Shown here in pieces: positions 9,496-20,636 of a DNA stretch of 64,000 nucleotides (position 1 is the stretch's first letter; the number at the start of each line of letters is the position of its first letter). The stretch is from Anaerolineae bacterium. GTDB taxonomy: Bacteria > Chloroflexota > Anaerolineae > JAADDB01. The notes under the pieces were generated by a model. The model was not told the origin of the DNA. It was given only the letters and a program-made list of their open reading frames with translations, and did not search any database. The DNA is taken from assembly GCA_015486845.1 (NCBI GenBank), contig WFQU01000160.1, positions 3,313-67,312 on the forward strand. Direction: 5' to 3'. Both the position numbers and the translations under genes were made by a program.

Positions 9496-11012
9496 TCTGT
9501 GATTTCCTCCTGATCAAGTTGTGATGGCAGGGATGATACCATAAAGGCGAGGATACCTAAAACAAGGCCCAGGAAAAGTTGCAAGCCGTGGACATACAGG
9601 TTGTCGAACAGGTTGTGAACGGACAGATGAACCAGGAAACCGAGTGCGCCTAAGGTGATTGCGCGATCGACGCCGTTCGTGCTGGCCAACAAACGCAGCG
9701 CGACAACTGTCGCCCAAACAAAGAGCAGCAGATACGCGCCAAAGCCGATGACGCCGCTCTCGGCCAAGAAATTCAGGTAGATATTGTGGGCATGGCCCAG
9801 CGCTTGTCGCCACAACGAAATCTGAAAAACGGGGTAGGCGACCGGGTAGTTACCGATGCCGACGCCGTGCCACGGGTGGGCCAGCCACATGTTCCAGGCT
9901 GAAAGCCAGTGCGCGGTGCGTTCCAGGATGGCGAAATTCGTGCCGCTGATGGGGGTTGCCCGGAATCGCACCGGATGCATAAAAAGTAACCAATCTTGAA
10001 ATGATCCTAAGCGAGCCAATAGCACAGCGGGGATCAAATGCAATTGCTCGATCCAGTTGAGCAGCAGAAGTAAGCTGCCACCGCCGAGGGCCAGCCAGAA
10101 CGTGGTCCGGCTGAAGAAGAGCAGCACGACCAGTGACGATGCCGCTGCGCCCATCCAGCCGCCTCGGGACCAGCTGGTTAACAGGCCGGCGGCAATGAGG
10201 GCCGTCAAGAGCCAAACGATCAGCCCCTGGCCCAGCGCGCTGAGCGGGCGCCGGGCATTCCTGTTGTGACGCCACGCCCGGCTAAAACGTACAGCCTCCC
10301 AAAGCGACAAGCTCACGCCGAACGGCAGCATCAACCCCAAATAGCCGCCGAAAGGGTTCGGTTGGGCAAAATCGCCGAAAGCGCGCTTGAAACGGCCGCC
10401 GAGAACTAAGAAAGCATCCGGGCCCAGGCGCAAGTAGAACTGCCGCAGGCCGACCAGCGCCTCTAAAGCGCCCGCCACGAGCATGGCTGCCACGAGCCAG
10501 GGCAGCCAACGCTCGGACAACAAATTCAGGGCGGCCAAGTAAATGGCTAACACTTCGCCCCATTTGAACCATTCCGGCAGCGCCTGGGCCGGGGAAAGCG
10601 CGTACCAGAACGAGACACCCACGGCCACAAACAGGAGCAGCAATGGCCAGAACAGGTCGCCCAGTCGCCAGGACAGCTTTCTCCTCCCCAAATCGCGCAG
10701 GAGCCAGAGAGCCAGCAGGAGCATGACCAGCAAGTCCGGCAAGTGGAACGGCAGCCCTCGCCAGGCCCAGAAGCCGAACGGGATGGCGAAAGGGAGCAAG
10801 AAAAGGCCGTAAACCGGGTTGACGAGCAGGAGGAAGAGAATTACTCCGCCGGCCAGCACAATAGCTGCCAGCGGCCAGGGCAAAAGAACGACAATGAGCC
10901 ATGCGAACAGCGTGAGCAACACAGGTGCGATGAGAGTGCTGCGCGGGGTGGGGGATGTCAGCCTGATTTGCAACATTTGCCTGAAATTTGCGCTCCGATT
11001 CGATTTAGCCAT
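9492..11012 (-). CDS. O-antigen ligase (Wzy_C)-like polytopic membrane protein
   Basis: RAFGDFAQPNPFGGYL, TSWSRGGW, ERTAHW, GVGIGNY, HAHNIYLNFLAESGVIG. Start is uncertain (11012 chosen). Confidence 0.88.
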   Translation of the reverse strand: MAKSNRSANFRQMLQIRLTSPTPRSTLIAPVLLTLFAWLIVVLLPWPLAAIVLAGGVILFLLLVNPVYGLFLLPFAIPFGFWAWRGLPFHLPDLLVMLLLALWLLRDLGRRKLSWRLGDLFWPLLLLFVAVGVSFWYALSPAQALPEWFKWGEVLAIYLAALNLLSERWLPWLVAAMLVAGALEALVGLRQFYLRLGPDAFLVLGGRFKRAFGDFAQPNPFGGYLGLMLPFGVSLSLWEAVRFSRAWRHNRNARRPLSALGQGLIVWLLTALIAAGLLTSWSRGGWMGAAASSLVVLLFFSRTTFWLALGGGSLLLLLNWIEQLHLIPAVLLARLGSFQDWLLFMHPVRFRATPISGTNFAILERTAHWLSAWNMWLAHPWHGVGIGNYPVAYPVFQISLWRQALGHAHNIYLNFLAESGVIGFGAYLLLFVWATVVALRLLASTNGVDRAITLGALGFLVHLSVHNLFDNLYVHGLQLFLGLVLGILAFMVSSLPSQLDQEEITE

Positions 11013-11125
11013 GATGCATGCCTGTGTTGCATTGTACATGGCTGGCGTGCATTGTGCAAGAGGAATCTGGCAGCTCCGATCAATAGTACAACTCAATAGT
11101 ACAACTGCCGTGACAAATAGTATAC

Positions 11126-11480
11126 TCACCGTTGTCGATTAAAAATGCTCTGGCAGGAGAAACAACCACCCAACCAAACCCAACAACGAGCAATAATACT
11201 AAACCGGGAAACAAAAATCGGCGCATACTCTTTGAGTATGGCAAACGGGTAGGGACGTGTCAAGTTGAATGGTAACTCTACCCAGCTTTCTTTGGCCAAA
11301 GCGGGCACTTGCTCGGCCAATTTCGATCCCGGCGCAATGGTCAGCATCTCCCGTTTCAAGCCAACGATGCGGGGGATGCTGATCCCCACACTGGTTTCTT
11401 TGTTGTGATAAACAAACTCACCTTGAGGATTTTGTTGCACTTTCACCTCTGGCGTCGGTGTGGGTGGCAGCTGAGCAGCT
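11126..11480 (-). pseudogene. Possible gene remnant (PTPTP-linker protein fragment)
   Basis: The frame reads QLPPTPTPEVKVQQNPQGEF... with no RBS or signal peptide upstream. Confidence 0.3.
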
Positions 11481-11525
11481 GAATAGTATCATAGTTGTTT
11501 GGAATGCGTCAAGTGGTAGGGCGCG

Positions 11526-11558
11526 AGACGTTCAACTTCTCTCAGAAGTTGAACGTCT
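11526..11558. repeat. Solo copy of the 33-nt family A palindrome
   Basis: AGACGTTCAACTTCT-CTC-AGAAGTTGAACGTCT, with GTAG 10 nt upstream. Confidence 0.85.
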
Positions 11559-12031
11559 TCAGCTGTGCGGGCTCAACCGCAATTGTGGCCGGCGGTAAGA
11601 TATTGGCTCGGGGCGACTGAAGTCACGCCGGGGGGGGCAGTTCGCTGCGCTCACCGCCGGGCGACCACCTGTCAGGGACGATTTTTGCCCTCGTTTATTA
11701 CTTTACACTAGGGTAGTTATGTAAAGTAACGGAAGAAAAGCAAGGAGTCTGTCCGGCTCCAATGGTTGGCAGCGCATATAAAGGCGATTCTGCCCTCTTT
11801 ATGCCTCGGTTCGCTGCAATGCTGTTTCATGATCAGGTGTGTGCTGTTCCACCACACGCAATCGATGATCTATTGTGGCGCAGACCGATCACGATCCGCC
11901 GCGATGGGTTATGCCGGGCAACATGGGCGTTGTCACCTGGCCTTCCCTCGTTTCGCGCTTAACGTGCGGACTAAGGCGGTAAATTGTCATACTTTTCTTC
12001 CCGGTTGTTTCTTTCCCAAATCCCCCCACCC

Positions 12032-12040
12032 TGCTAAAAT
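12032..12040 (+). promoter_or_regulatory. Putative extended -10 promoter for smpB
   Basis: TGcTAAAAT upstream of two family B repeats and smpB. Confidence 0.4.
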
Positions 12041-12063
12041 AAGGGAAGGGTCGGTGTTTTATG

Positions 12064-12177
12064 CCTGGCGACTGGAAGTCGCGGGCTACATTTGCGAAAT
12101 CGCCCTACGGCGATTAAATAGATAACCTGCGCAGGCGGGTTTCGCAATCGTAGGTGCGGTTTTAATAGCCGGTCAAA
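12064..12177 (+). repeat. Repeat family B, full copy
   Basis: GGCGACTGGAAGTCGC...AATCGCCCTACGGCGATT...AACCTGCGCAGGCGGGTT...GCCGGTCAAA. Confidence 0.9.
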
Positions 12178-12183
12178 CTAAGC

Positions 12184-12275
12184 GGACGTGGATGACGCAG
12201 GTTTCACACTGATGCACGTAGATAAAACAGAAAAAGATCAGCGTAAATCAGCGTGCATCAGCAATATCAGCGTTC
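12184..12275. repeat. Short-unit inverted repeat (ATCAGCG units)
   Basis: ATCAGCGTAA ATCAGCGTGC ATCAGCAAT ATCAGCGTTC, similar to 52561-52590. Confidence 0.7.
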
Positions 12276-12282
12276 AATTGAA

Positions 12283-12382
12283 GGTCACGGGCAACATCTG
12301 CGAAATCGTCCTGCGGCGATTAGCATGCAACCTGCACAGGCAGGTTTCACAATCATAGCAGCGATTTTAATCGCCGGTCAAA
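12283..12382 (+). repeat. Repeat family B copy
   Basis: Near-identical to the reverse complement of 14097-14196. Ends 12 nt before the smpB ATG. Confidence 0.92.
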
Positions 12383-12394
12383 ACAGGCAGGTTA

Positions 12395-12871
12395 ATGGGA
12401 AAATTAGATCAGGAAGAGAGCTTCCGGGTGGTGGCCAGAAACCGGAAAGCTTATCACGATTATCATATCGAGGAAACGGTCGAGGCAGGCATTGCGCTCA
12501 CTGGCACGGAGATCAAGTCGGTGCGCGCCGGCCAGGTCAATCTGCGCGATAGTTACGCTGAGATTCGCAATGGCGAGATCTGGCTGGTGGACGCTCACAT
12601 CTCGCCGTATCGCCACGGCAACCGGCAAAACCACGAGCCCCGCCGCCCGCGCAAACTGCTTCTACATCGGCGAGAGATCAACCGGCTGATGGGCAAAGTG
12701 CAGGAAAAAGGGTGGACGCTTGTCCCGCTGCGGATGTATTTGGCGCACAACAAAGCCAAAGTGGAACTGGCACTGGCCCACGGCAAGCGGCTTTACGACA
12801 AGCGCGCGGCCATCGCCAAGCGAGAATCGAACCGAGAGATGCGCCGGGCGCTGAAGAATAGCCGCTATTGA
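12395..12871 (+). CDS. smpB: SsrA-binding protein
   Basis: NRKAYHDY, EAGIALTGTEIKSVR, RKLLLHRREI, GKRLYDKR. Confidence 0.98.
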   Translation: MGKLDQEESFRVVARNRKAYHDYHIEETVEAGIALTGTEIKSVRAGQVNLRDSYAEIRNGEIWLVDAHISPYRHGNRQNHEPRRPRKLLLHRREINRLMGKVQEKGWTLVPLRMYLAHNKAKVELALAHGKRLYDKRAAIAKRESNREMRRALKNSRY

Positions 12872-14073
12872 GGCGCGATGAACCACGCGTCGACAATGCT
12901 GCCGGCGGGTAATGGCTGCTCTGCATCGGGCGGCACCCGCAGCACGGCGTTGGCGCCTACTAAGGAAAGGAGCCGGGCCGAGCCTTGGTAGCCAGTCGTA
13001 TTGGCGATGTATCCCCCACCCTGCCAGCGTAGCTTCGCTCGCACGAATTCGATACGGTCCGGTGCGTGTTTCAACGGCGCTGCAATTGTCGCCTGGACGA
13101 CTTGACGCTGGAACGTGTAGCCTTGCAATTTGAGCAGGAACGGCCGCACGTAGAGCTCGAAAGAGACCAGCGCCGAGACCGGGTTGCCCGGCAGGGTGAA
13201 AATCGCTGTGTCTTCGACTGTGGAAAATGTCATCGGCTTGCCCGGCTTCTGGAAGACACGACCAAAGTGTATCGTGCCATGTGCCGCCAACCAGTCTTTC
13301 AACAAATCACGTTTGCCTAAAGAAGCGCCACCGCTGGTAATCACCACGTTAGCCTGTTTGACAGCCTGTGTTAGACGGGCATCCAATACCTTTTCGCGAT
13401 CAGGGACAATGCCTATATCTACGACAGTCGCGCCGGCCTGGACTGTCGCAGTCTGCAACGCGTACCGATTGGCATCCCAGAGCTGTCCCGGCGCCAATGG
13501 CTCACCGAGCTCCCGCACTTCATCCCCGGTAGAAAGGAGCGCCACCCGGGGGGCGCCGTACACCGTCACTTGCTGCTGGTCCAGCATGGCCAGCAAGCCG
13601 ATCTCCGCCGGGCCTAAACGGCTCCCAGCGGGCAGAACCAACGACCCGGCGGCGATGTCCACACCCGAGGGACGCACGTTTTCCCCCACCGCGACCGCTT
13701 TCTGCAGGGTGATGGAATCCTCTTTCTCGACCACATCTTCCCACATGACCACGGCATCGGCACCGGCCGGCAGATGGGCGCCGGTAGTGATGCGTGCCGC
13801 TTCGCCGGGGTGCACCTGCAGCTTGGCATCGTAATGGCCGGCCAACTGTTCACCGACCAGTTGACGCCGGGGCGAATCATCAGCGGCAATCACGGCAAAC
13901 CCGTCCACCGTGGTGGTAGGCAGTGCCGGGTAATCGAACGGCGCGTAGAGATCCGCGGCCAACACTTTGCCGGTCACGGCAGTCAATGGCAAAGTCAAAG
14001 ATCGTAGAGGTTGTGCCTGATCAAGGACAATCTCTAAAGCTTCTTCTGGCATAATGGTTGGATATACTTTCAT
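12865..14073 (-). CDS. moeA: Molybdopterin molybdotransferase (gephyrin-like)
   Basis: VDGFAV, RITTGAHLPAGADAVVM, STGDE, ITSGGASLG, KPGKP, LPGNPVS. The extra N-terminus in the ORF track is translated repeat. Confidence 0.95.
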   Translation of the reverse strand: MKVYPTIMPEEALEIVLDQAQPLRSLTLPLTAVTGKVLAADLYAPFDYPALPTTTVDGFAVIAADDSPRRQLVGEQLAGHYDAKLQVHPGEAARITTGAHLPAGADAVVMWEDVVEKEDSITLQKAVAVGENVRPSGVDIAAGSLVLPAGSRLGPAEIGLLAMLDQQQVTVYGAPRVALLSTGDEVRELGEPLAPGQLWDANRYALQTATVQAGATVVDIGIVPDREKVLDARLTQAVKQANVVITSGGASLGKRDLLKDWLAAHGTIHFGRVFQKPGKPMTFSTVEDTAIFTLPGNPVSALVSFELYVRPFLLKLQGYTFQRQVVQATIAAPLKHAPDRIEFVRAKLRWQGGGYIANTTGYQGSARLLSLVGANAVLRVPPDAEQPLPAGSIVDAWFIAPQ

Positions 14074-14096
14074 TTTTGTCCCTCGTTTATGAATTA

Positions 14097-14209
14097 TTTG
14101 ACCGGCGATTAAAATCGCTGCTACGATTGCAAAACCTGCCTGCGCAGGTTGCATGCTAATCGCCGCAGGACGATTTCGCAAATGTTGCCCGCGACTTCTA
14201 GTCGCCGGG
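14097..14209 (-). repeat. Repeat family B, full copy
   Basis: Reverse complement matches 12064-12177 and 12283-12382. Confidence 0.92.
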
Positions 14210-14277
14210 CCTAAAAAAGCGGGCGGATCATAATCCATCCCTATGCACCAACAACCATCCATGCGGCACAACGCTTG

Positions 14278-14332
14278 AGCCCCCTTTTAGGGGGCTTCCC
14301 AAATTGTAGCTCGAGGCTTTGAGCCTCGAGCC
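14278..14332 (+). repeat. Two hairpins related to family A modules (AGCCCCC..GGGGGCT and a GTAG-REP-like hairpin)
   Basis: GTAG-CTCGAGGCT-TTG-AGCCTCGAG. Same module order as 52628-52683. Confidence 0.75.
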
Positions 14333-14962
<630 letters not shown>

Positions 14963-15123
14963 GCTGAAAACACGCTCCGGGTGTTGAATTGTCCGTCGCC
15001 ACGGCCGGTTGCTGCACCGCGTGACGGTCTGTCAAGATGGCGTTATCATAGCACTGAGCCGGGAATGTGGCAAAAAGATTACGCTGTGGGTTGTTTGTGG
15101 CGGAAAACATAAAGGAAAAGCCG

Positions 15124-15744
15124 ATGCCCACAACGAAAAGTCCTCAGGTCGCCGGCCAGGTTGTCGGCAGCGTTCTCGATGTTCTTTCCCGTCTGTAAGG
15201 CGTGAAAAACGCTGCGGAGTTGGTCAAATATTTCAAAGAGCATCAAGAGGCCCGCGCAGCGCTGGCGCACGCGGTAGCCGAGGCCGAAAACGCGTTCATC
15301 GCCGCGGCCGCCCGGCAAGGGTTACACGATGTTGCCGACGCGGTGCAGCAGTTGCCGCTGGCCGACACGAAAACTTTCCGACAGGCGCTGGCGCTGATGC
15401 TGGTTACTAGGGATAACGAAGCGATGCAACAAGCGCTCGCGAAGCTGCTGGGCGACGTCAAAAGCCTGCCGGAGCGGGAACGGGCGCGAGGGGCGGCGCT
15501 TTATTTGGCAGAGCTGCGCGCTGCGCTTTGGGCGGAACCCCACTTCCACGACGTGGCGGACGCGCTGTTGCAACTGGATCAGTCCCGACGGTTGCAGCAA
15601 GTCCAAGACGCGATTGCCGCCATTGGATGGCGATTGCCGCACATACACGAACGTTGTAATCGCTGTCGGCCAATGGTTACCGGCTACCGGCTATCTCAGC
15701 GTATACCCGGCTGGACAACGCCTGGAAGGTCCGGCCCACGGTGA
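15124..15744 (+). pseudogene. Helical hypothetical protein with an in-frame stop, probably a truncated remnant
   Basis: AAAGGAAAAG then ATG at 15124, 24 codons, TAA at 15196-15198, then the same frame continues as the 15202 ORF. The 3' end runs into the convergent GT4. Confidence 0.55.
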
Positions 15745-16858
15745 AATGGCGGGCAACCCGCTGCTGCCCGGCCAGCCCCATGGTTCGCCGCCGTGCCGGG
15801 TCGTTCCAAAGGGCAACCAGCGCTGCCGCCACGCCGTCCAGGTCGCCCGGCGGCAGCAAAAGCCCGGTTTCCCCGTCCATCACAATCTCCGGCAGCGCGC
15901 CGTGGGCGAAAGCCATCAACGGCAGGCCGGCGGCCATCGCTTCGATATTGACCAGCCCGAACGGCTCCGGATCGCCCACATGGACGAAAAGATCCATGGC
16001 AGCCAACGCTGGCCGCACGTCCTCCAACTGGCCGGTGAAAATGACTTTGTCGATCAGCGACGGCTCTTCCGCCAGCGCGTGCAGCGCTGCCACATAATCG
16101 TCGTCCGCTTGCAGCGGGGCGCCGCCCACAATTAAAAACCGCGCCGTCGGGAGGCTGGCGGCAACGCGGGCCGCCGCTTGCAGGAAACGTTTTTGTCCTT
16201 TCCACGGCCGCAGCCGGCCCACAGTGCCGATGACCGGCACGCCGGCGGGGATAGCATGCGCCCGGCGGAACTTCTCTCCGTCCGGCAGCGTGGCCAGCCA
16301 GTTTTCCGGCAGGCCGTTGTAAACCACCGCGGTTTTCGCACCGCAGGGCAGATGAGCCGCCACGGCGCGGGAATTGGCTACCACAGCCGCGGCGCGACGG
16401 CAAAGCCACCGTTTCAGCATGGCATCCATCCAGGGCCAGCGCGGCTTGCTTTCGCTCAGCCAGAAATCGCGCATGTGCCAGATCCAGCGCATCGCGCCGC
16501 TGCTCGCCACCGCGCCGTAAAACGCGGTGCGGACCGTGTTGCTGTGCAGGAAGTCGGCGTGGATAGACCGCGCCAACACGTCGAGGGCGTTCCCTTGTCG
16601 GCGCAGGGTAAGCCAGAAGTCGGCCGAGCGGCGCAACGGCGGAAAGGCAAACCGGTGCCAGGTCACGCCGATTTGCGTTGCTCGGTCCGCCAGCGGCCCG
16701 GCCGGCGTGGCCAAATGGATGTCATGGCCCGCCGCAACCAGCGCCTCCATCAGCCAAAGCAAGCTGTACTCGGCGCCGCCCATGCCCGGGGCGTGGTCGG
16801 CGAATAGGATCGTCCAGCGTCGTTCCGGCGGCACGGCACGGCTCTCCGCCGTGGTCAT
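15677..16858 (-). CDS. Glycosyltransferase family 4
   Basis: [36 protein letters not shown]. Confidence 0.94.
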   Translation of the reverse strand: MTTAESRAVPPERRWTILFADHAPGMGGAEYSLLWLMEALVAAGHDIHLATPAGPLADRATQIGVTWHRFAFPPLRRSADFWLTLRRQGNALDVLARSIHADFLHSNTVRTAFYGAVASSGAMRWIWHMRDFWLSESKPRWPWMDAMLKRWLCRRAAAVVANSRAVAAHLPCGAKTAVVYNGLPENWLATLPDGEKFRRAHAIPAGVPVIGTVGRLRPWKGQKRFLQAAARVAASLPTARFLIVGGAPLQADDDYVAALHALAEEPSLIDKVIFTGQLEDVRPALAAMDLFVHVGDPEPFGLVNIEAMAAGLPLMAFAHGALPEIVMDGETGLLLPPGDLDGVAAALVALWNDPARRRTMGLAGQQRVARHFTVGRTFQALSSRVYAEIAGSR

Positions 16859-17667
16859 TGGCCGCTGTCGGCGCCGATGATCTTCAGCCCGGCGCTGGCA
16901 CCTAAGCGGGACGCGCCGGCTTGCACCATCGCCTTTGCTTTGGCGAAATCACGGATGCCACCGGCCGCTTTGACGCCCATATCGTAGCCGACCACAGCGC
17001 GCATCAGCGCGACATCTTCCACCGTGGCGCCGCCGGGGCCGAAACCGGTGGAGGTCTTGACGAACTCGGCGCACGCCGCGTCGGCCAAAACGCACGCCGC
17101 GATCTTCTCTTCGTCGGTCAGCAGCGCCGCTTCGATGATCACTTTGACGTGCGCCCCTTTTTCGTGTGCCGCGACGACCACTGCCCGGATGTCCTCGAAC
17201 ACGGCAGCGTACTGGGCTGCTTTGAGCCGGCCGACGTTGATCACCATGTCCACTTCATCAGCACCGGCGGCCACGGCCGCCTCGGTTTCCACTGCTTTGA
17301 CGCCGGTGAGGGTGGCGCCCAACGGGAAACCGACTACCGCGGCGATGGAGACATCGGTCCCTTGCAATAATTCGGTTGCATAAGGCACCCAGTACGGGTT
17401 GACGCAGACCGCCGCGAAATGGTGGTCCGCGGCTTCCCGGCAAAGGGCCGCGATGCTGCTTTCCGTGGCGTCCGGTTTCAGCAGCGTGTGGTCGATCAAT
17501 GGGGCCAAATCAGCCGGGGACGTGATGCTTAGTCCCCTATCTTGCAACTGCCGGCTGGTCGGGTCTTCTGCCCGTTGGCATTCCTCCGGGACGGTATGTT
17601 GGATTGTGGCGAGAACTTTTTGCCGCATTGCTTTGATTTGGGCGAGGCTGGTTTTTGTTTTTAGCAT
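16855..17667 (-). CDS. deoC: Deoxyribose-phosphate aldolase
   Basis: [47 protein letters not shown]. Confidence 0.97.
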   Translation of the reverse strand: MLKTKTSLAQIKAMRQKVLATIQHTVPEECQRAEDPTSRQLQDRGLSITSPADLAPLIDHTLLKPDATESSIAALCREAADHHFAAVCVNPYWVPYATELLQGTDVSIAAVVGFPLGATLTGVKAVETEAAVAAGADEVDMVINVGRLKAAQYAAVFEDIRAVVVAAHEKGAHVKVIIEAALLTDEEKIAACVLADAACAEFVKTSTGFGPGGATVEDVALMRAVVGYDMGVKAAGGIRDFAKAKAMVQAGASRLGASAGLKIIGADSGQ

Positions 17668-17762
17668 GGTTTTTCCTTTTTGAGTGGATAGCCTTATGAC
17701 TACACGAAATATAAAATTAAACATTGATAATGATAATGCTAATTTGCACCGATTTTTTCCTG

Positions 17763-17820
17763 TTTGACCGGCGATTAAAATCGCTGCTACGATTGCGAAA
17801 CTTGCCTGCGCAGGTTATCT
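17763..17820 (-). repeat. Repeat family B, 3' half
   Basis: AGATAACCTGCGCAGGCAAGTTTCGCAATCGTAGCAGCGATTTTAATCGCCGGTCAAA. It includes the TAA stop of the upstream gene. Confidence 0.9.
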
Positions 17821-19362
17821 TTCAAGCATCACGCCCAAACGCCCAATTAGCTCGTCGGCCGGCACATCAAAACGCTCGCCGCCCCGGCTATGCACCTCCA
17901 CCAAATCGGTTTCCCCCCATTTTCGGCCGGCCACAACCTGCCACGGCACGCCCAGCAAGTCAGCATCGTTGAATTTGACGCCGGCCCGTGCCGGTCGATC
18001 ATCGTAAAGGACAGCCAGCCCGGCATTGGAGAGCACTTCCGCCAAGTTGTCCGTCCGACGGGTCAAATCGGCGTCTTTGCCGGCCAGTGCCAGCAAATAC
18101 ACGTCGTACGGTGCCACCGCCGGCGGCCAGCGCAACCCGTCCTCGCCATGATGGCAGGCCACCACGGCCGTTGCCAGCGCGGCCAACGAAAGCAATCCGG
18201 TCCGCTGCACTGCCGCTTCCGGCCGGCCGGCCCGGTTCAGATACGAAGGCCCGGCAAACCGCGCCCATGCCCCCACCCGGTAGCCGCGAACGATTACGAG
18301 GCGACCTTCCTCGCAGGCTGGGCAGCGATCTCCCGGCCCAGCCTGTCTCAAATTGGCTACCAGATCGGCGCTGTAGTCGCGGTCGAAATTGCTGTTCAGG
18401 ATGTGATACCCTTCTTTATTGGCTCCGGCGACGAGGTTGGGTGATTTTGCCACGAGATAGTCAATGACTACACGAAAGGCGCCGGGCTCCAGGCCGAGGG
18501 GCGACGCATAGCCGGGGACGGTGCCACCGGCGCGGATTTCTTCCTCTGTGGCCTGCCGGAACGAATCCGCGCCGGTGGCACGCTTCAGCTTGACCTCGTT
18601 CAACTTCGTATCGCCCCGCACAACAACCAAATAGCGTTGGCCGTCACCCACCAGGAAGAGCGCTTTGGCGGTACGGCTGGCCGGAATACCCAAGAAATCC
18701 GCCAGCTCGACGATGGTGCCGCAGTGCGGCGTCTCGATCTCCTCGGCCGGCAACATCGTTTCCTCGGACAACGGCGGATTGCCGCTCAGCGCGGCCGCTT
18801 CGCTGGCCGCGTAATCGCACCGGTCGCAAGCCAGCCACCGCGCCGGCCCATTCTCGGCGGGAACGACCAGCGCGACGGCGTCATCCCCTGCCGGCTGCAG
18901 ATCCGGCAGCAAAAGAAGCGGTACATCCAACGCAGCGGCGATCTCCTCCACCGCTTTCGCCCGTCTGCCCACAACATCCTCTCCGGCATTGCCATCGCGC
19001 CAGGAGGAAAATTGCCGCCACGATTGCGCTCCCCGGCCCCACCGCTGCGTGATAGCCAGCGGCAACTGCTTATACGAAAGGAGAAGCGGCTCGGCTAACG
19101 TCCCCGTCTGCGCCGCCAAAGCGGCCAACGAAACGTCCTCTACGGGCCAGGCAACCTCATCAGCGCCTGGCGACAGCGCCGAGCGCACGATTTCGTCAAT
19201 CCGGTCATACAAGCGGACGCCCAAAGGGGAAAGTGCAGCCGAGGATTCAGCGCCGGCCCAGTAGCCGGCCCGCCAGAGCCATTTCTCGGCCACGGTTGCC
19301 CCCGCCGCCGGCATTTCCCTCCAGGTACGATGGAAAAGGCCTTGCATCCGTGTGATCATCAC
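17815..19362 (-). CDS. ProRS paralogue with degenerate catalytic core and intact INS editing and anticodon-binding domains
   Basis: ProRS-colinear: [69 protein letters not shown], motif 2 and motif 3 cannot be recognised. Confidence 0.85.
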   Translation of the reverse strand: MMITRMQGLFHRTWREMPAAGATVAEKWLWRAGYWAGAESSAALSPLGVRLYDRIDEIVRSALSPGADEVAWPVEDVSLAALAAQTGTLAEPLLLSYKQLPLAITQRWGRGAQSWRQFSSWRDGNAGEDVVGRRAKAVEEIAAALDVPLLLLPDLQPAGDDAVALVVPAENGPARWLACDRCDYAASEAAALSGNPPLSEETMLPAEEIETPHCGTIVELADFLGIPASRTAKALFLVGDGQRYLVVVRGDTKLNEVKLKRATGADSFRQATEEEIRAGGTVPGYASPLGLEPGAFRVVIDYLVAKSPNLVAGANKEGYHILNSNFDRDYSADLVANLRQAGPGDRCPACEEGRLVIVRGYRVGAWARFAGPSYLNRAGRPEAAVQRTGLLSLAALATAVVACHHGEDGLRWPPAVAPYDVYLLALAGKDADLTRRTDNLAEVLSNAGLAVLYDDRPARAGVKFNDADLLGVPWQVVAGRKWGETDLVEVHSRGGERFDVPADELIGRLGVMLER

Positions 19363-20327
19363 CCCACCAGTTTTCTCTGTGTGTCGCCATCAAAACCCAC
19401 CGCATCCGAAACGATATACAACGGCCGGCCTTTGACTTCATCATAAATGCGCCCCAAATACTCGCCGATCACGCCCAGGAAAATGAGCTGCACACCGCCC
19501 AAGAAAAGCACCATGACCAACGTCGTCGCCTGGCCGTAGAGCGCCTGGTGGCCGTAAAGACGCAGGAAAATGACCAGCAAAATGCCAAACAGGCTCAGCC
19601 CGGCGGTGATGAAACCCAAATAGGTGGCCAATTGCAGCGGGAAATAGGAAAACGAGGTGATGCCGTCCAGCGCTAAGCGCAGCATTTTGCGGAACGGGTA
19701 GTGCGTCGCCCCGGCAAACCGTTCCTCTCGCACGTATTCCACGCCGGTTTGCTTGAAGCCGACCCAACTGGAAAGCCCTCGCATAAAGCGATGTTTTTCC
19801 CGCATGGTGCGCATAGTCTCCACCACTTTGCGATCCATGAGGCGGAAATCGCCGGCGTCCACCGGCATGTCCACATCGGTAATGCGATAAATGATGCGGT
19901 AAAACAAACTGGCCGTGAAGGACTTGAAGAAGGACTCCCCTTTCCGCTTGGCTCGCACCGCGTAAACGACTTCGTAACCCTCTTTCCACTTGGCGATCAA
20001 ATCGAGAATCACTTCCGGCGGATCCTGCAAATCGGCGTCAATGATCACCACCGCATCGCCGCTGGCGTAATCCATGCCGGCAGAAATGGCCACCTGGTGG
20101 CCGAAATTGCGCGAGAAATTCACCAGTTTATAACGAGGATCCTTACGGTGTAAATCTCGCATGATCTCCGGCGAGCGGTCTTTACTGCCATCATTAACCA
20201 ACACGACCTCATACGGTTCATCTAACTTATCCATTGCACCGGTCAAACGACGATACAATTCCGGCAAGACGCCCTCTTCATTGTAAACCGGCACAATAAT
20301 AGAATATCGCGGTTTCTCTATGACCAA
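19359..20327 (-). CDS. GT2 undecaprenyl-phosphate glycosyltransferase (GtrB/DPM1-like)
   Basis: [54 protein letters not shown], two C-terminal helices. Confidence 0.95.
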   Translation of the reverse strand: MVIEKPRYSIIVPVYNEEGVLPELYRRLTGAMDKLDEPYEVVLVNDGSKDRSPEIMRDLHRKDPRYKLVNFSRNFGHQVAISAGMDYASGDAVVIIDADLQDPPEVILDLIAKWKEGYEVVYAVRAKRKGESFFKSFTASLFYRIIYRITDVDMPVDAGDFRLMDRKVVETMRTMREKHRFMRGLSSWVGFKQTGVEYVREERFAGATHYPFRKMLRLALDGITSFSYFPLQLATYLGFITAGLSLFGILLVIFLRLYGHQALYGQATTLVMVLFLGGVQLIFLGVIGEYLGRIYDEVKGRPLYIVSDAVGFDGDTQRKLVG

Positions 20328-20348
20328 AAATACCCTCCTCTAAAACTT

Positions 20349-20570
20349 AAATGGGACGCAGATCAACGCAGGCTGCGCACACAGATAAAAAATCAGGCCC
20401 TCTTTAAAGAAGTTCAACTTCTCGAAGAAGTTGAACTTCTAATAAGCCCCTTAGAAAGGGGCTGGTGTTAAGCAGCCTCTTGACAGAGGACCCTACCTTG
20501 ACGTACCCCGCCGCGGAAGCAAGGGGCCGGCGCACCGGAATGGGACGCAGGTCAACGCAGGCTGCACACG
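20349..20570 (-). repeat. Composite repeat family A, copy 2
   Basis: Colinear with 5468-5702 but lacks the GTAG-hairpin module. The ATGGGACGCAG module occurs twice (20351, 20540). Palindrome at 20408-20440. Confidence 0.9.
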
Positions 20571-20571
20571 C

Positions 20572-20636
20572 CCGACGATTAGAAGTCGCTGCTACAACTG
20601 CGAAACCTGCCTGCGCAGGTTGCACGCTAATCGCCG
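20572..20636 (-). repeat. Repeat family B, partial copy
   Basis: GCTGCTACAACTGCGAAACCTGCCTGCGCAGGTTGCACGCTAATCGCCG. Confidence 0.88.

Noticed and set aside
11500..12394. tmRNA (ssrA) next to smpB
   Set aside because: No tRNA-like 5' GGGG..TTCGAC end, T-arm/CCA end or tag reading frame was recognised. The space is filled by repeats.
12253..12552. Protein family with MQPAQAGF motif (also ORFs at 14271, 20404, 34250, 54728)
   Set aside because: These are translations of repeat family B, with no consistent start or stop.
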